Positions 9,158 to 21,180 of a DNA stretch of 64,000 nucleotides are shown here, in pieces. Below the pieces are notes generated by a model. It was not told where the DNA came from. It worked only from the letters and a program-made list of their open reading frames with translations, and searched no databases. The position numbers and the translations under genes were made by a program. Every line of letters starts with the position of its first letter. Within the stretch, counting starts at the first letter, position 1. Source of the stretch: Acidimicrobiia bacterium (lineage in GTDB: Bacteria; Actinomycetota; Acidimicrobiia; Acidimicrobiales; Aldehydirespiratoraceae); contig QIIW01000082.1 of the NCBI GenBank assembly GCA_003231645.1, forward strand, positions 3,797-67,796, in the 5' to 3' direction.

Positions 9158-10276
9158 ATGCGCAAGCGACTCGTACTTCTATTCGGAATTCTGGCCTCGT
9201 TCACCCTGGTCGCGGCGGCCTGCGGCAACAGTGGCAGCACCACCGCCGCCACCACGACCACCGTCGCCACGACCAGCACCACTGCCGCCCCGAACCCCAA
9301 CGCCGACTTCAATGTCGGCCTCACCTTCGACATCGGCGGCAAGGGTGACCAGTCGTTCAACGATTCCGCCGCGGCCGGCGTCGACAAGGCTGTTGCCGAC
9401 TTCGGTGTCACCCAGACCGATGTCGAGCCCAACGCCGACGGATCCGACCGTGCCCAGATCCTGCAGCTGCAGGCCGAGCAGAGCAACATCGTTCTCGCCA
9501 TCGGTTTCCTGTTCGCCGACGACGTGGCCAACGTGGCCGCCGACAACCCCAAGGTTCCCTTCGCGGTGATCGACGATCCCATGCTCAACTTCGACACCAA
9601 ACCGCCGTCCCCCCGTGGCGACAACATCGCCGGCCTGACCTTCGCCGAGGAGCAGGGTTCGTTCCTCGTCGGAGTGGCCGCCGCTCTCACCACCAAGACC
9701 AAGGAGGTCGGATTCCTCGGTGGCGTGTCGGGCTTCGGTCTGATCGAGAAGTTCCAGGCCGGTTATGAAGCCGGTGTCAAGGCTGTTGATCCCTCGATCA
9801 AGGTCGTCTCGCAGTACATCACCCAGTTCCCCGACTTCGACGGATTCATCTCGCCCGACCGTGGCAAGGAGATCGCCGCAGCCATGTTCGATGGTGGCGC
9901 CGACATCGTCTACGCGGCAGCCGGATCGTCCGGTGGTGGCATGTTCCAAGCCGCCAAGGAATACCGCGACGCCAACGGCACCACCGTGTGGGGCATCGGC
10001 GTCGACTCCGACCAGTACAACACCGTCGACCCGTCGGTGCAGGACACGGTTCTCACCTCGATGATCAAGCATGTCGACGTGGCCGTCTACCAGGCCATCA
10101 AGTCGGTGCTCGACGGCACCTTCGCCCCCGGCCAGACCGTCTATGACCTCTCCGTCGACGGCGTCGGCTACTCGACCTCAGGTGATTTCCTGAGCGCCGA
10201 CACCATCGCCCAGATCGAGAAGTTCAAGGCCCAGATCATCGACGGCACCATCGTCGTGCCGACGGTTCCCACCTGA
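9158..10276 (+). CDS. BMP family ABC transporter substrate-binding lipoprotein (nucleoside type)
   Basis: Lipobox VAAAC, Thr-rich linker, GGKGDQSFND, FAEEQGSFLVG, IGVDSDQ and TSMIKHVD; GGAGG SD. Confidence 0.93.
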   Translation: MRKRLVLLFGILASFTLVAAACGNSGSTTAATTTTVATTSTTAAPNPNADFNVGLTFDIGGKGDQSFNDSAAAGVDKAVADFGVTQTDVEPNADGSDRAQILQLQAEQSNIVLAIGFLFADDVANVAADNPKVPFAVIDDPMLNFDTKPPSPRGDNIAGLTFAEEQGSFLVGVAAALTTKTKEVGFLGGVSGFGLIEKFQAGYEAGVKAVDPSIKVVSQYITQFPDFDGFISPDRGKEIAAAMFDGGADIVYAAAGSSGGGMFQAAKEYRDANGTTVWGIGVDSDQYNTVDPSVQDTVLTSMIKHVDVAVYQAIKSVLDGTFAPGQTVYDLSVDGVGYSTSGDFLSADTIAQIEKFKAQIIDGTIVVPTVPT

Positions 10277-10339
10277 TTCCCTGATCATCGCGGCGGCCAT
10301 AAGCCTGGGCACGGAATTGTTGAGGCTTGACAATGACGA

Positions 10340-10381
10340 GGCAACGGAGCCGGACTAACGTCCGGCTCCGTTGCCGTTTTT
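10340..10381 (+). terminator. Intrinsic terminator or stabilising hairpin after the binding-protein gene
   Basis: Perfect 16-bp stem ggcaacggagccggac-taac-gtccggctccgttgcc followed by gttttt. Confidence 0.8.
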
Positions 10382-10396
10382 CTGGAGTAGCGCTGT

Positions 10397-11916
<1,520 letters not shown>

Positions 11917-11920
<4 letters not shown>

Positions 11921-13029
11921 AGGTTCCATCGCTTCGTCGCCTGGGATTCGCCCTCGCCGCGCCGGCCATGGCGGTGGCCGTGGCCCTCGTCGTGTCGTCG
12001 ATCGTTCTGGTCATCTCAGGCAGCAACCCGCTCGCCGCCTACTCCGACATGATCAACAATGCGTCGAAACTCGAGACGTCGATCGACATCCTCAACCGGG
12101 CCACGCCGCTCTACATATCGGGGGTGGCCGCGGCCATCGGCTTCCGGATGAACCTGTTCAACATCGGGGTGGAGGGCCAGTACCTGTTGGCAGCGTTCTT
12201 CGCATCGGTGGCGGGCGGAGCCGTCAACCTGCCGCCGATCATCCACGTCTCGATGGTACTCCTCGTGGCCATGGCCGTCGGTGCCGCATGGTCGGGCCTC
12301 GCCGGTGTTCTCAAGGTCACCCGGGGAGTCAACGAGGTCATCTCCACGATCATGCTCAACTTCATCGCGACGGGTGGCATCATCGCCGGTCTCATTGTGG
12401 TCTGGCAGGACAACACCGGTCAGGTCAATTCGGGCACCACCCCGATCCCGAAATCGGGGCGAATGCCCGACCTCAATTCGTGGGTCGAGATCTTCACCCG
12501 CGAGATCGGAAAGGGCCGACGGCTCACCGGTGTGCTCCTCATCGCGATCGTGGTCGGCGTGGCCTACCACCTGTTCATCGACCGTTCACGACTGGGATAC
12601 GAGTTCAGGGCCAGTGGCTACAACCCGTTCGCGGCCCGCGCCGGAGGCATCGCTCCCAAGAACATGGTGCTCTGGGCCATGTTCCTGTCGGGCGCGATAG
12701 CCGGTCTCGTCGGCATGGTCGAGGTGCTCAGCGACAGCTACCGCTACGACCAGTCATTCGTACGAGGCCTCGGTTTCCAGGGCATCGCCGTGGCGTTGCT
12801 CGGGCGCAACACGCCGTTGGGCATCATCGTGGCCGCACTGCTGTTCGGCTTCCTCGACGCATCGGCCGGGACCCTGCAGGTGAGCGGATCGGCCTCCAGG
12901 GAGATCGTCGTGATCATGCAGGCAACGATCCTGCTCGCGGCGGTGGTCGCCTACGAGGTGGTCAACCGGCTCAGGCAGAAAGACGAAGCGAAGACCGCTT
13001 CCGCTCTGCTCGCCGGGAGCGCCTCGTGA
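11917..13029 (+). CDS. Nucleoside ABC transporter permease
   Basis: LFNIGVEGQY, VNEVISTIMLN and GLGFQGIAVALLGRN. Confidence 0.92.
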
Positions 13030-14327
13030 CCGCCGTCACGAAACCCTCGGCGTCGACGAACTTCTTCATCCGTCTCCAGAATGTCTCCGCGCCGATCAGG
13101 TGGATGTTCGTGGCGGCCGCGGGAATGCTCGCCCTCACGTTCGTGGCCCAGTTCGGGAAGGGCGACCCGGGCCTGCTCACCAGCTCGAGTGCGTCGGGGG
13201 CGATGATCCGGTGGGCGGCACCGATCCTGCTCGCCGGCCTCGGTGGCCTGTTCTCGGAACGGGCCGGGGTCGTCAACATCGGTCTCGAGGGCATGATGAT
13301 CCTCGGCACGTGGGGCGCGGCCTGGGGCGGTATCAACTACGGGCCGTGGTGGGCCCTCGTCATCGCGGCGTCCTTCGGTGCCCTGGGCGGCCTGCTCCAC
13401 GCCATAGCCACCGTGAGCTTCGGCGTCGATCACATCATCTCTGGTGTGGCCATCAACATCCTCGCTCCCGGCGTCACGCGCTACCTCTCCGACCAGATCT
13501 TCACCGGCTACAAGGGCGGATCGGTGTCACAATCTCCCGGCGCAGGTCACTTCAGCCGATTCAACGTCCCGTTCCTGTCAGGCGGCGACTCCCTCCTCGG
13601 CTGGAAATCACCCAACACTCTCGGTTGGATCGACAAGAAGAACTGGTTCTTCGTCTCCGACGTGTCCGCGCTGATCCGCGGCATGTTCGTGCAGATCTCA
13701 TGGTTCACCGTGATCGCCTATCTACTGGTTCCGATCTCGGGATTCGTGCTCTGGCGCACACGATTCGGGTTGCGGGTTCGCATCAGCGGCGAACGACCGT
13801 CCGCCGGCGAGTCTCTCGGCGTCAACATCTACTACCACAAGTACATGGCCGTGATCATCAGCGGTGCGTTCTCCGGACTGGCCGGGGCTTTCATCGTCCT
13901 CGAACTCACGGGTTTCTACCGGCAGGGCCAGACCACCAGCCGCGGTTACATCGGCTTGGCTGCTCTGATCTTCGGCAACTGGCGTCCGGGCGGGGTGTTG
14001 ATGGGTGCGCTGGTCTTCGGATATCCGTTCGGCCTGGCGCTACGGGATCTCGGCGGCGACGCCACCCAGAATCTCCTGCTTGTGATCGCGATCGCCCTGG
14101 GAGTGGTGCTGATCTGGGCGGTTCGTCGGCGCAAACGGGCCGACAGTCTCTTGGCCGGCGGCCTCGGCGGCATCATCCTCATCTGGTATGTGCTGAGTAC
14201 CAGCGCGCCGAAATGGCTGCCCAACACCATGCCCTACGTGATGGTGCTGCTCACCTTGATCTTCCTGAGCCAGCACCTCAGAATGCCGGCCGACGACGGT
14301 CGGATCTACCGCAAGGGCGAAACCTGA
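13026..14327 (+). CDS. Nucleoside ABC transporter permease
   Basis: SERAGVVNIGLEGMM, DHIISGVAIN and GYIGLAALIFGNWRP; GTGA overlap at 13026. Confidence 0.92.
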   Translation: MTAVTKPSASTNFFIRLQNVSAPIRWMFVAAAGMLALTFVAQFGKGDPGLLTSSSASGAMIRWAAPILLAGLGGLFSERAGVVNIGLEGMMILGTWGAAWGGINYGPWWALVIAASFGALGGLLHAIATVSFGVDHIISGVAINILAPGVTRYLSDQIFTGYKGGSVSQSPGAGHFSRFNVPFLSGGDSLLGWKSPNTLGWIDKKNWFFVSDVSALIRGMFVQISWFTVIAYLLVPISGFVLWRTRFGLRVRISGERPSAGESLGVNIYYHKYMAVIISGAFSGLAGAFIVLELTGFYRQGQTTSRGYIGLAALIFGNWRPGGVLMGALVFGYPFGLALRDLGGDATQNLLLVIAIALGVVLIWAVRRRKRADSLLAGGLGGIILIWYVLSTSAPKWLPNTMPYVMVLLTLIFLSQHLRMPADDGRIYRKGET

Positions 14328-14329
14328 CG

Positions 14330-14859
14330 GTCTTCTCCACCTCCGACCAGAGCCACGGCCAGGACGAGTGGTTCCTCTGGCCCTCGCGATCAACAGACCG
14401 GGCCACGCCATGCACGACCTCGACCCGGTGTTCGAGCGGTTCTCACGAACCCCCCGGTCGGCCACCGTCGCCGACGACCTCGGTTTCGACGACCCGCGAT
14501 CGGTGGTCGGATTCTGGTTCGCCATCGAGGACGCCACCATCGAGAACGGATGCCTCTGGGCGGTGCCCGGCGGTCACCGTGGACCGGTACGGTCACGCTT
14601 TCGATACCGAGGAATCGGTACCGTCACCGAGACGATCGACCCCACCCCAGGGCCCACCGACGACCTGGTTCCGCGCGAGGCCAAAGCCGGAACGCTCATC
14701 CTGCTCGATGGACTGCTCCCCCACTGGAGCGGAGCGAGTCGCTCTTCGGTGAGCCGCCACGCCTACACCCTCCAGGTGATCGAGGGTGGCGCCGACTATC
14801 CGGCCGACGACTGGTTGCAGCGTTCGATCGATCCCGCCCTCAGAGGTTTCCGGGACTGA
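14330..14859 (+). pseudogene. PhyH/PHYHD1-like Fe(II)/2-oxoglutarate dioxygenase remnant
   Basis: Fragments VFSTSDQ..DEWFL (different frame), AINRPGHAMHDLDPVFERFS and GFWFAIEDATIENGCLWAVPGGH..PHWS..RHAYTL..YPADDWLQR. The start and the QSMYIFKQP..HQD iron-binding segment are missing. Confidence 0.8.
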
Positions 14860-14874
14860 GCCCCGCGGCTTTCG

Positions 14875-15076
14875 TCACCGCCGATATCCGAGTTGGTGGA
14901 TGGCCAGGGTGAGTTGGTGATCGAAGAACGCATCGCGATCGAAGACCACGGTCTCGAGGTGTCCGAACAATTCCAGCGACGTCAATCCGAACAACTGTGC
15001 CCACACGCCCATACCGACCGCGATGAACGCCGGCGACAAGCCGGGTGCCGCCGGCGCCAACGCGGCCGCCACCGAG
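14875..15076 (-). pseudogene. TetR family regulator, C-terminal (WHG-like) remnant
   Basis: VWAQLFGLTSLELFGHL..DRDAFFDHQL; no HTH or plausible start. Confidence 0.6.
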
Positions 15077-15505
15077 GCCGGCGGCTCGGTTTCGGTGATC
15101 GGCCACCCGGACGTCGCCCACAGTTGGACGGCAGTCGACGACGTGGCGACCGCGCCGGCCACCCTCGGCACCGACGAACGGTCCTGGGGCCGGGCCTGGC
15201 CCGTCCCGACGCCGGCTCTCCTCACCCGGCGACAGCTGATCGACAGGTTCTGCGAAGCAGCCGGCCGTGATGGCGTGAAGGTCAAGAGGCTTCCCCGGGT
15301 CGCGCTGCGGCTGGTGGGCCTGGCCTCACCCACGGTCCGAGAACTCCTGGAGGTCACCTATCAGTTCGAGGAGCCGTTCGTGGTCGACTCGTCGGCGGTC
15401 ACCGCCGCCTTCGGCATCGAGCCCGCGCCGATCACCGAGACCATCGCCCGGGCTGTCGAATCACGCCGTGACCAGTCGCGATCGGAACAGCCTTCCCGGA
15501 GTTAG
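15077..15505 (+). pseudogene. NAD-dependent epimerase/dehydratase (atypical SDR), C-terminal remnant
   Basis: VIGHPDVAHSWTAVDDVA, WGRAW.VPT and RELLEVTYQFEEPFVVDSS; the Rossmann N-terminus is absent. Confidence 0.7.
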
Positions 15506-15514
15506 TCTCTGGCG

Positions 15515-16633
15515 ATGAACATCGCCATCAACGGACCTGATGTCGGGCCGCCGACGCTCGATCGTATTCGACACGCTCCGAAGGTCGTGTTGCACGACCA
15601 CCTCGATGGAGGCCTGCGCGCCGTCACGATCATCGAACTGGCGGCCGAAATCGGATACGACGCCTTGCCCTCCACCGACCCCGCCGAACTCACCGTGTGG
15701 ATGCAACGAGGCGCCAACCGCAAGGATCTCACCCTTTACCTCGAGACCTTCGCCCACACGGTGGGCGTCATGCAGACGCCAGAGGCGATCACAAGGGTGG
15801 CCCGCGAGTGCGCAGAGGACCTCGCCGCCGACGGGGTCGTCTACGCCGAGGTCCGATTCGCGCCCGAAATCCACACCGGACGGGCTCTCACCCTCGACGA
15901 TGCCATCGAGGCCGTGTTGCGGGGTTTCGCCGACGGATCCGACGGTACTCCGCTGACGATTCGAGTCATCTGCTCGGCGATGCGACACCTCGACCGGAGC
16001 TTCGACGTGGCCATGGCCGCCGTCAGGTGGCGCGACGACGGCGTGGTCGGCTTCGACATCGCCGGCCCCGAGGACGGCTTTCCCCCCGACGATCACCTGC
16101 TCGCCTTCCAGTACTGCCAGCGCGAGAACTTCCACATCACCATTCATGCCGGCGAGGCCTACGGCCCCAAGTCGATCTGGAAGGCCATCCAGTACTGCGG
16201 TGCCGAACGCCTCGGACATGGGATCCGCATCATCGAAGATCTCCACGACAAGGGCGAGTCCGAGCGCGGCCTCGGCCGGTTGGCCGACTTCATCCGCGAT
16301 CGTCGCCTCCCGTTGGAGATCTGCCCGACCTCCAACGTCAATACCGGTGTGGTCGACGAGGTCGCCCATCATCCGATCGACGAGTTGATCCGACTCCGGT
16401 TCAGGGTCACCGTCAACACCGACAACCGACTGATGTCCGACGTTTCGATGACCTCCGAGATGGCCGCCCTGGTCGAAGCCTTCGGCTACGGCTGGGACAC
16501 GCTGAGATGGCTGTCGGTGAACGCTATGAAGTCGAGCTTCCTTCCGTTCCGAGAGCGGCTGCAGATCATCGAGCACATAATCAAGCCCGGCTATGCGCCT
16601 CTCGAGGCGTGGCAGTCGGAACCGCCTCTATAG
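15515..16633 (+). CDS. add: Adenosine deaminase
   Basis: PKVVLHDHLDGG, YAEVRFAP, GFDIAGPE, TIHAGEA, RLGHG, EICPTSN and NTDNRLMS. Confidence 0.95.
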   Translation: MNIAINGPDVGPPTLDRIRHAPKVVLHDHLDGGLRAVTIIELAAEIGYDALPSTDPAELTVWMQRGANRKDLTLYLETFAHTVGVMQTPEAITRVARECAEDLAADGVVYAEVRFAPEIHTGRALTLDDAIEAVLRGFADGSDGTPLTIRVICSAMRHLDRSFDVAMAAVRWRDDGVVGFDIAGPEDGFPPDDHLLAFQYCQRENFHITIHAGEAYGPKSIWKAIQYCGAERLGHGIRIIEDLHDKGESERGLGRLADFIRDRRLPLEICPTSNVNTGVVDEVAHHPIDELIRLRFRVTVNTDNRLMSDVSMTSEMAALVEAFGYGWDTLRWLSVNAMKSSFLPFRERLQIIEHIIKPGYAPLEAWQSEPPL

Positions 16634-16640
16634 GAGCGAG

Positions 16641-19544
16641 ATGCACCGATCGTCACGACCACTGGCCGGCACACTTCTCGCGTTCGCACTGCTGGCCGCG
16701 GCATGCTCCGACTCCTCGACCTTTGATCCCTACCGTCCCGGTTCCACCGCGGCGACCACGACCGTCGGCCCGACCGCGTATCCGTTGCCGGATTCGACCG
16801 GCCCCAACCCTTCCACCGCCGATCCGACCCCCCTGCCGATCGATCCCGATGTGCGACTCGGGCAGCTCGACAATGGGCTCACCTACTATCTGCGATCCAA
16901 CCGGACACCAGGTGGAAGCATCTCGCTTCGCCTCGCGGTCAACGCCGGTTCGGCTCAACAGGAGACGCCCGACGGCGGCACCGCCCACTTTCTTGAGCAC
17001 ATGATGTTCAACGGCACCGAGAAGTTCCCCGGCAACGACCTCACCACGGCGCTCGCCAGGCTCGGCATTCAGTTCGGAGCCGACACCAACGCCTACACGA
17101 ACTACGACGAAACCGTCTACATGCTGTCGGCCGAAACCGCCAACACCGACGCCGTGTCGACCGCCTTCGATGTGCTCGCCGAATGGGCGGCCGCCGCCAC
17201 CCTCGACTCGGCCGATGTCGCCGCCGAAATCGGTGTGGTGCGCGACGAGATGCGTCAGGACCGCGAGTCAGCCGACGGCATGATCTCCTCCGAGTTCGAG
17301 GACATGTACACGGCCGGCTCGAGCTACGAGGGCTTCACGACGATCGGGTCGCCGGGGCCCGTCGAATCGATGACGTCTCCCCCGCTGCGCGCCTTCTACA
17401 ACCGTTGGTATCGACCCGACAACATGGCGGTGATCGTGGTCGGCGACATGTCGCTCGACCGCATGCAGAAGGCGATAACCGAACGATTCGCCTCGATGAA
17501 ACCCCGGGGTACCGACCTCCCGGCCCACAACGACTTCCGGATCAAGATCAATCCCGACCCGAGCGGACGCGTGGTCACCAATCCGGGCAATGTCGCCGAC
17601 AACATCTCGGTCGACCTTCAGCTCCAGCCGTGGAATCCGGGGACCGTGGGCGGTGAGCGCATGTCGATCATCGAGGGGCTGATGATCTCGATCCTCGACA
17701 CGCGCCTGTCCGACGGGTTTCAGCGCGGCACACTTCTGACATCGACCTCCCCGACCATGGATCCGTTCGCGGTCAGCCGGGGGTTGCGCTATGTCGGCAC
17801 CAACCTCGAGGCCGACGATCTCGAACAGGCTCTGACCGATCTGTTCTCGCTGTGGAAGGGAGCGGCCGAGAGCGGCTTCACCGAACCGGAATTCGTTCGG
17901 GCCGGCGACGAGATCGGCTCCCAACTCGACAACGCCCTCCAGCAGGACGGCAGCCGACAGGACTTCGAATACGCCGCGTCATACGTGAGTCGCTTTCTCG
18001 GGGGCGCCGACATCGACACCACACGGTCGAGGATCGAACGCATGCGGGGCATCCTCGATTCGCTGTCGGCGACCGACGTGACCGACTACTGGCGCGAGGT
18101 TCTGCGCACGAGCGGGCCGATCATCGCAGCGGTAGGTGCAGACCCCGCCACTCTGCCCAGTGTCGAACAGATGGTGCAGATCGCCGTCGACACGGTGGCG
18201 GCCGAGCCTTCCAACACGACCTCGGAGCCCCCGATCGAGGCCCTCATGGCACGCCCCGATGCCGCACCGTTGGCCGACTCCACGACCACCGACACCTCGA
18301 ACGGCCCGGTGATCGAGTGGGATCTTCCCAACGGCGCCCGCGTCGTGTTCCAGCAGAGTCGAATCGAAGAGGGAACGGTGGCAATCTCCACCGCATCGCA
18401 GGGTGGATGGTCGCGGATGCCCGCCGGCTCACGGGCCATCACGGGACTGGTCACGACCGCGGTGTCCAGAAGTGGCCTGGCCGACTTCAGCCGCAGCCGA
18501 CTCGACAGCTACCTCAGCGCGGTGTCGGCATCGCTGAACCCCTACATAGATCCCACCACCGAGGGATTCTTCGGTTCATCGTCCACCGACGATCTCGAGG
18601 TCCTGTTCCAGCTCTTGAACCTGTCGATCACCTCGGCCCGGGTCGACGGCCCGGCCCTTCGCGAGGCGCAGACGTTCGCCGCCAATTTTGTCACCGCGTC
18701 GACCCTCGATCCAAAGTTGGAGGCCGGCATCGCAATGAGCGACGCCCGCACCTCCGACAGTCCCGACTGGGTGTCGGTGCCGACCGACCAGCAGCTCGCC
18801 GATCTCACACCGGAGAAAACACTGGCGCTCTACAACTCACGGCTCGGGAGGATCGACCGCACCATCATCGCGGTCGTCGGTGACGCCGACCCCCGTGTCG
18901 TCGAGGACCTGGCCCGCCGCTACATCGGATCACTCGAGACCGGCGCCCACGACACCTGGATCGACCTGCTGCCCCCCATGCCCAACGGCGTCGACACCAC
19001 CGACATCATGCTGGATCCCGGGGTCAACACCGGCGGAGTCGACATGCTCTTCTCCACTCCCGTCAATGTGACGGCCAGGGTCGACATCGTTGCCCGCGTA
19101 CTCGAGACGATTCTCAGCGCCCGAATCATCGACACCATCCGCGAGAAACTGGGCGCGTCCTACGGTGGCACCGCCGAGGTCTCCGTGTTCTACGCCCCCG
19201 ACGAGCGAGTCGACGCATCAATCGCCATCGATGGCGACCCGACCCGTGTTGACGAGATCCGCAGTGTCGTCCTCTCCCAGATGGCCGATCTGGCCGCCAA
19301 CGGCCCGATCACCGACGAGTTCGACCGGGCGATCAGCGTGATCAACAGTGACTACAACTTCGTGGACAACCAACTGTTCATCAACACCATTCTCACCAGC
19401 CGGCTCTTCCCCGACGAGACGATTCTCGATGCCGACAATCGACTCGGCCTGCTGGGCCGCGTGAAGCCGGTCGACGTACGCGACCTCGCCCGGATCGCGC
19501 TGCCCGCCGATCGACGAATCGAAGTCATCAGAACCGTGCCGTGA
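16641..19544 (+). CDS. M16 family zinc metallopeptidase lipoprotein (PqqL-like)
   Basis: Lipobox LAAAC; GQLDNGLTYY, AHFLEHMMFNGT (HxxEH), NAYTNYDETVY, WYRPDNM and IREKLGASYG. Confidence 0.9.
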   Translation: MHRSSRPLAGTLLAFALLAAACSDSSTFDPYRPGSTAATTTVGPTAYPLPDSTGPNPSTADPTPLPIDPDVRLGQLDNGLTYYLRSNRTPGGSISLRLAVNAGSAQQETPDGGTAHFLEHMMFNGTEKFPGNDLTTALARLGIQFGADTNAYTNYDETVYMLSAETANTDAVSTAFDVLAEWAAAATLDSADVAAEIGVVRDEMRQDRESADGMISSEFEDMYTAGSSYEGFTTIGSPGPVESMTSPPLRAFYNRWYRPDNMAVIVVGDMSLDRMQKAITERFASMKPRGTDLPAHNDFRIKINPDPSGRVVTNPGNVADNISVDLQLQPWNPGTVGGERMSIIEGLMISILDTRLSDGFQRGTLLTSTSPTMDPFAVSRGLRYVGTNLEADDLEQALTDLFSLWKGAAESGFTEPEFVRAGDEIGSQLDNALQQDGSRQDFEYAASYVSRFLGGADIDTTRSRIERMRGILDSLSATDVTDYWREVLRTSGPIIAAVGADPATLPSVEQMVQIAVDTVAAEPSNTTSEPPIEALMARPDAAPLADSTTTDTSNGPVIEWDLPNGARVVFQQSRIEEGTVAISTASQGGWSRMPAGSRAITGLVTTAVSRSGLADFSRSRLDSYLSAVSASLNPYIDPTTEGFFGSSSTDDLEVLFQLLNLSITSARVDGPALREAQTFAANFVTASTLDPKLEAGIAMSDARTSDSPDWVSVPTDQQLADLTPEKTLALYNSRLGRIDRTIIAVVGDADPRVVEDLARRYIGSLETGAHDTWIDLLPPMPNGVDTTDIMLDPGVNTGGVDMLFSTPVNVTARVDIVARVLETILSARIIDTIREKLGASYGGTAEVSVFYAPDERVDASIAIDGDPTRVDEIRSVVLSQMADLAANGPITDEFDRAISVINSDYNFVDNQLFINTILTSRLFPDETILDADNRLGLLGRVKPVDVRDLARIALPADRRIEVIRTVP

Positions 19545-19593
19545 TCGCTCCGTCAAAGTGTCGTGGCCCGATCCCGCGTGGCATGCTCGCCCG

Positions 19594-20217
19594 GTGCACA
19601 CAACCGTCCTCCAGCATCCCCTCGCCGCCGATCGTCTCACCCGGCTGCGCCAGCGGGGCACTCAACGCCGCGACTTCCGAAAAGCGCTCAGGGATCTCAG
19701 CTCCTTCCTCGTCTACGAGGCCACCCGCCATCAGGCGGTGACCCCCAAGGACATCGACACGCCGATGGGCCCCACCACCGGCGTCGACCTCACCGACGTT
19801 CCGGTACTGGTCCCGGTGATGAGGGCCGGCCTGGGGATGCTCGATGCGGCACTCGAGATGCTGCCCGACGCCCGGACGGGATTCGTCGGCCTCAGACGTG
19901 ACGAGGAGACGCTGCTGCCCCATGCTTATGTCAACACCGTGCCTGAGCATCTCGAGAGACGCCCGGTGATGGTTCTCGACCCGATGCTCGCCACCGGTGG
20001 TTCCTGCATCCACTCCTGCCGCATCCTGCAGGAGTCGGGGGCGGGGAAGGTCACCGTGGTCTGTGTTCTCGCCGCGCCGGAGGGCATCGCGGCGCTGGCC
20101 GATTCGGGGGTGGCCGACGAACTGTTCACCGCCTCGATCGACGAGAAACTCAACGAGATCGGTTTCATCGTCCCCGGGCTCGGAGATGCCGGCGACCGGC
20201 AGTTCGGCCTCAACTGA
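19594..20217 (+). CDS. upp: Uracil phosphoribosyltransferase
   Basis: VPVMRAGLGM, LDPMLATGGS and IVPGLGDAGDRQFG. Confidence 0.97.
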   Translation: MHTTVLQHPLAADRLTRLRQRGTQRRDFRKALRDLSSFLVYEATRHQAVTPKDIDTPMGPTTGVDLTDVPVLVPVMRAGLGMLDAALEMLPDARTGFVGLRRDEETLLPHAYVNTVPEHLERRPVMVLDPMLATGGSCIHSCRILQESGAGKVTVVCVLAAPEGIAALADSGVADELFTASIDEKLNEIGFIVPGLGDAGDRQFGLN

Positions 20218-20226
20218 GATGCCGAC

Positions 20227-21168
20227 GTGACGGCCCCTGAGAGCGACCGGGGCAACGCGTTCGCGGTCGGACCCGGTACCCGACCGGAGATGCACGCCGC
20301 CCTGGTGTCGGCGATTCGATCCGTGGGCGGTGCCCTGGTCCCCATCGAACGCGCCGAGGTGTTGATCTGGGACGACCCGGGTGCGGCCGAGGTGTTCGGT
20401 GACTATCTGGCGGGCGGGCCCGGCGTGAGGTGGGTGCAACTGCCGTGGGCCGGCATTGAGGCGTTCCTCCCCCACCTCGACCACGAACACATCTGGACCT
20501 CGGGCAAGGACGTCTACTCCCGGCCGGTGGCCGAGTGGATCGTCGCCGCCCTGCTGACCGCCTTTCGGGATTTCCACGAGTTCGCCCGGGCCCGGTCGTG
20601 GCCTCCGCAGTCGGGCCACAATCTCTTGGGCTCGTCACTCACCGTGCTCGGAGCCGGAGGAATCACTCGAGCGCTACTCGAACTTCTCGAGCCCTGGGGC
20701 TGCCACGTGACCGTGGTTCGCCGGAGCAGCGAGCCTCTGGCCGGAGCCGAGGCCACTTTGAGCACCGACCGACTCCACGAGGCGGTTGCCGATGCCGATG
20801 CCGTGGTCGTCGCCCTGGCGCTCACCGACGACACACGCGGGATCGTCGACGCCGGGGTCCTCGATGCCATGAGGCCCGACGCGTGGCTGGTCAACGTCGC
20901 TCGCGGCGGACACGTCGTCAGCCCCGATTTGGTCGAGGCACTGCGATCGGGCTCGATAGCCGGCGCCTTCCTCGACGTGACCGATCCTGAACCGCTGCCC
21001 GACGACCACCCCCTGTGGGCCTTGGACAACTGCGTCATCACGCCTCATGTCGGCAACACCCCTCGGATGGGATTACCGCTGCTCGCTCACAGGGTGGCCA
21101 CCAATGCCCGCAACTGGATCGACGGGCGACCCCTGGTCGGGGTCGTCGACGTCGACACCGGCTACTAG
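20227..21168 (+). CDS. D-isomer specific 2-hydroxyacid dehydrogenase
   Basis: WVQLPWAGIE, LGAGGI, LVNVARG, LDVTDPEPLP and ITPHVG. Confidence 0.92.
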   Translation: MTAPESDRGNAFAVGPGTRPEMHAALVSAIRSVGGALVPIERAEVLIWDDPGAAEVFGDYLAGGPGVRWVQLPWAGIEAFLPHLDHEHIWTSGKDVYSRPVAEWIVAALLTAFRDFHEFARARSWPPQSGHNLLGSSLTVLGAGGITRALLELLEPWGCHVTVVRRSSEPLAGAEATLSTDRLHEAVADADAVVVALALTDDTRGIVDAGVLDAMRPDAWLVNVARGGHVVSPDLVEALRSGSIAGAFLDVTDPEPLPDDHPLWALDNCVITPHVGNTPRMGLPLLAHRVATNARNWIDGRPLVGVVDVDTGY

Positions 21169-21180
21169 TCTCACGTGGCC

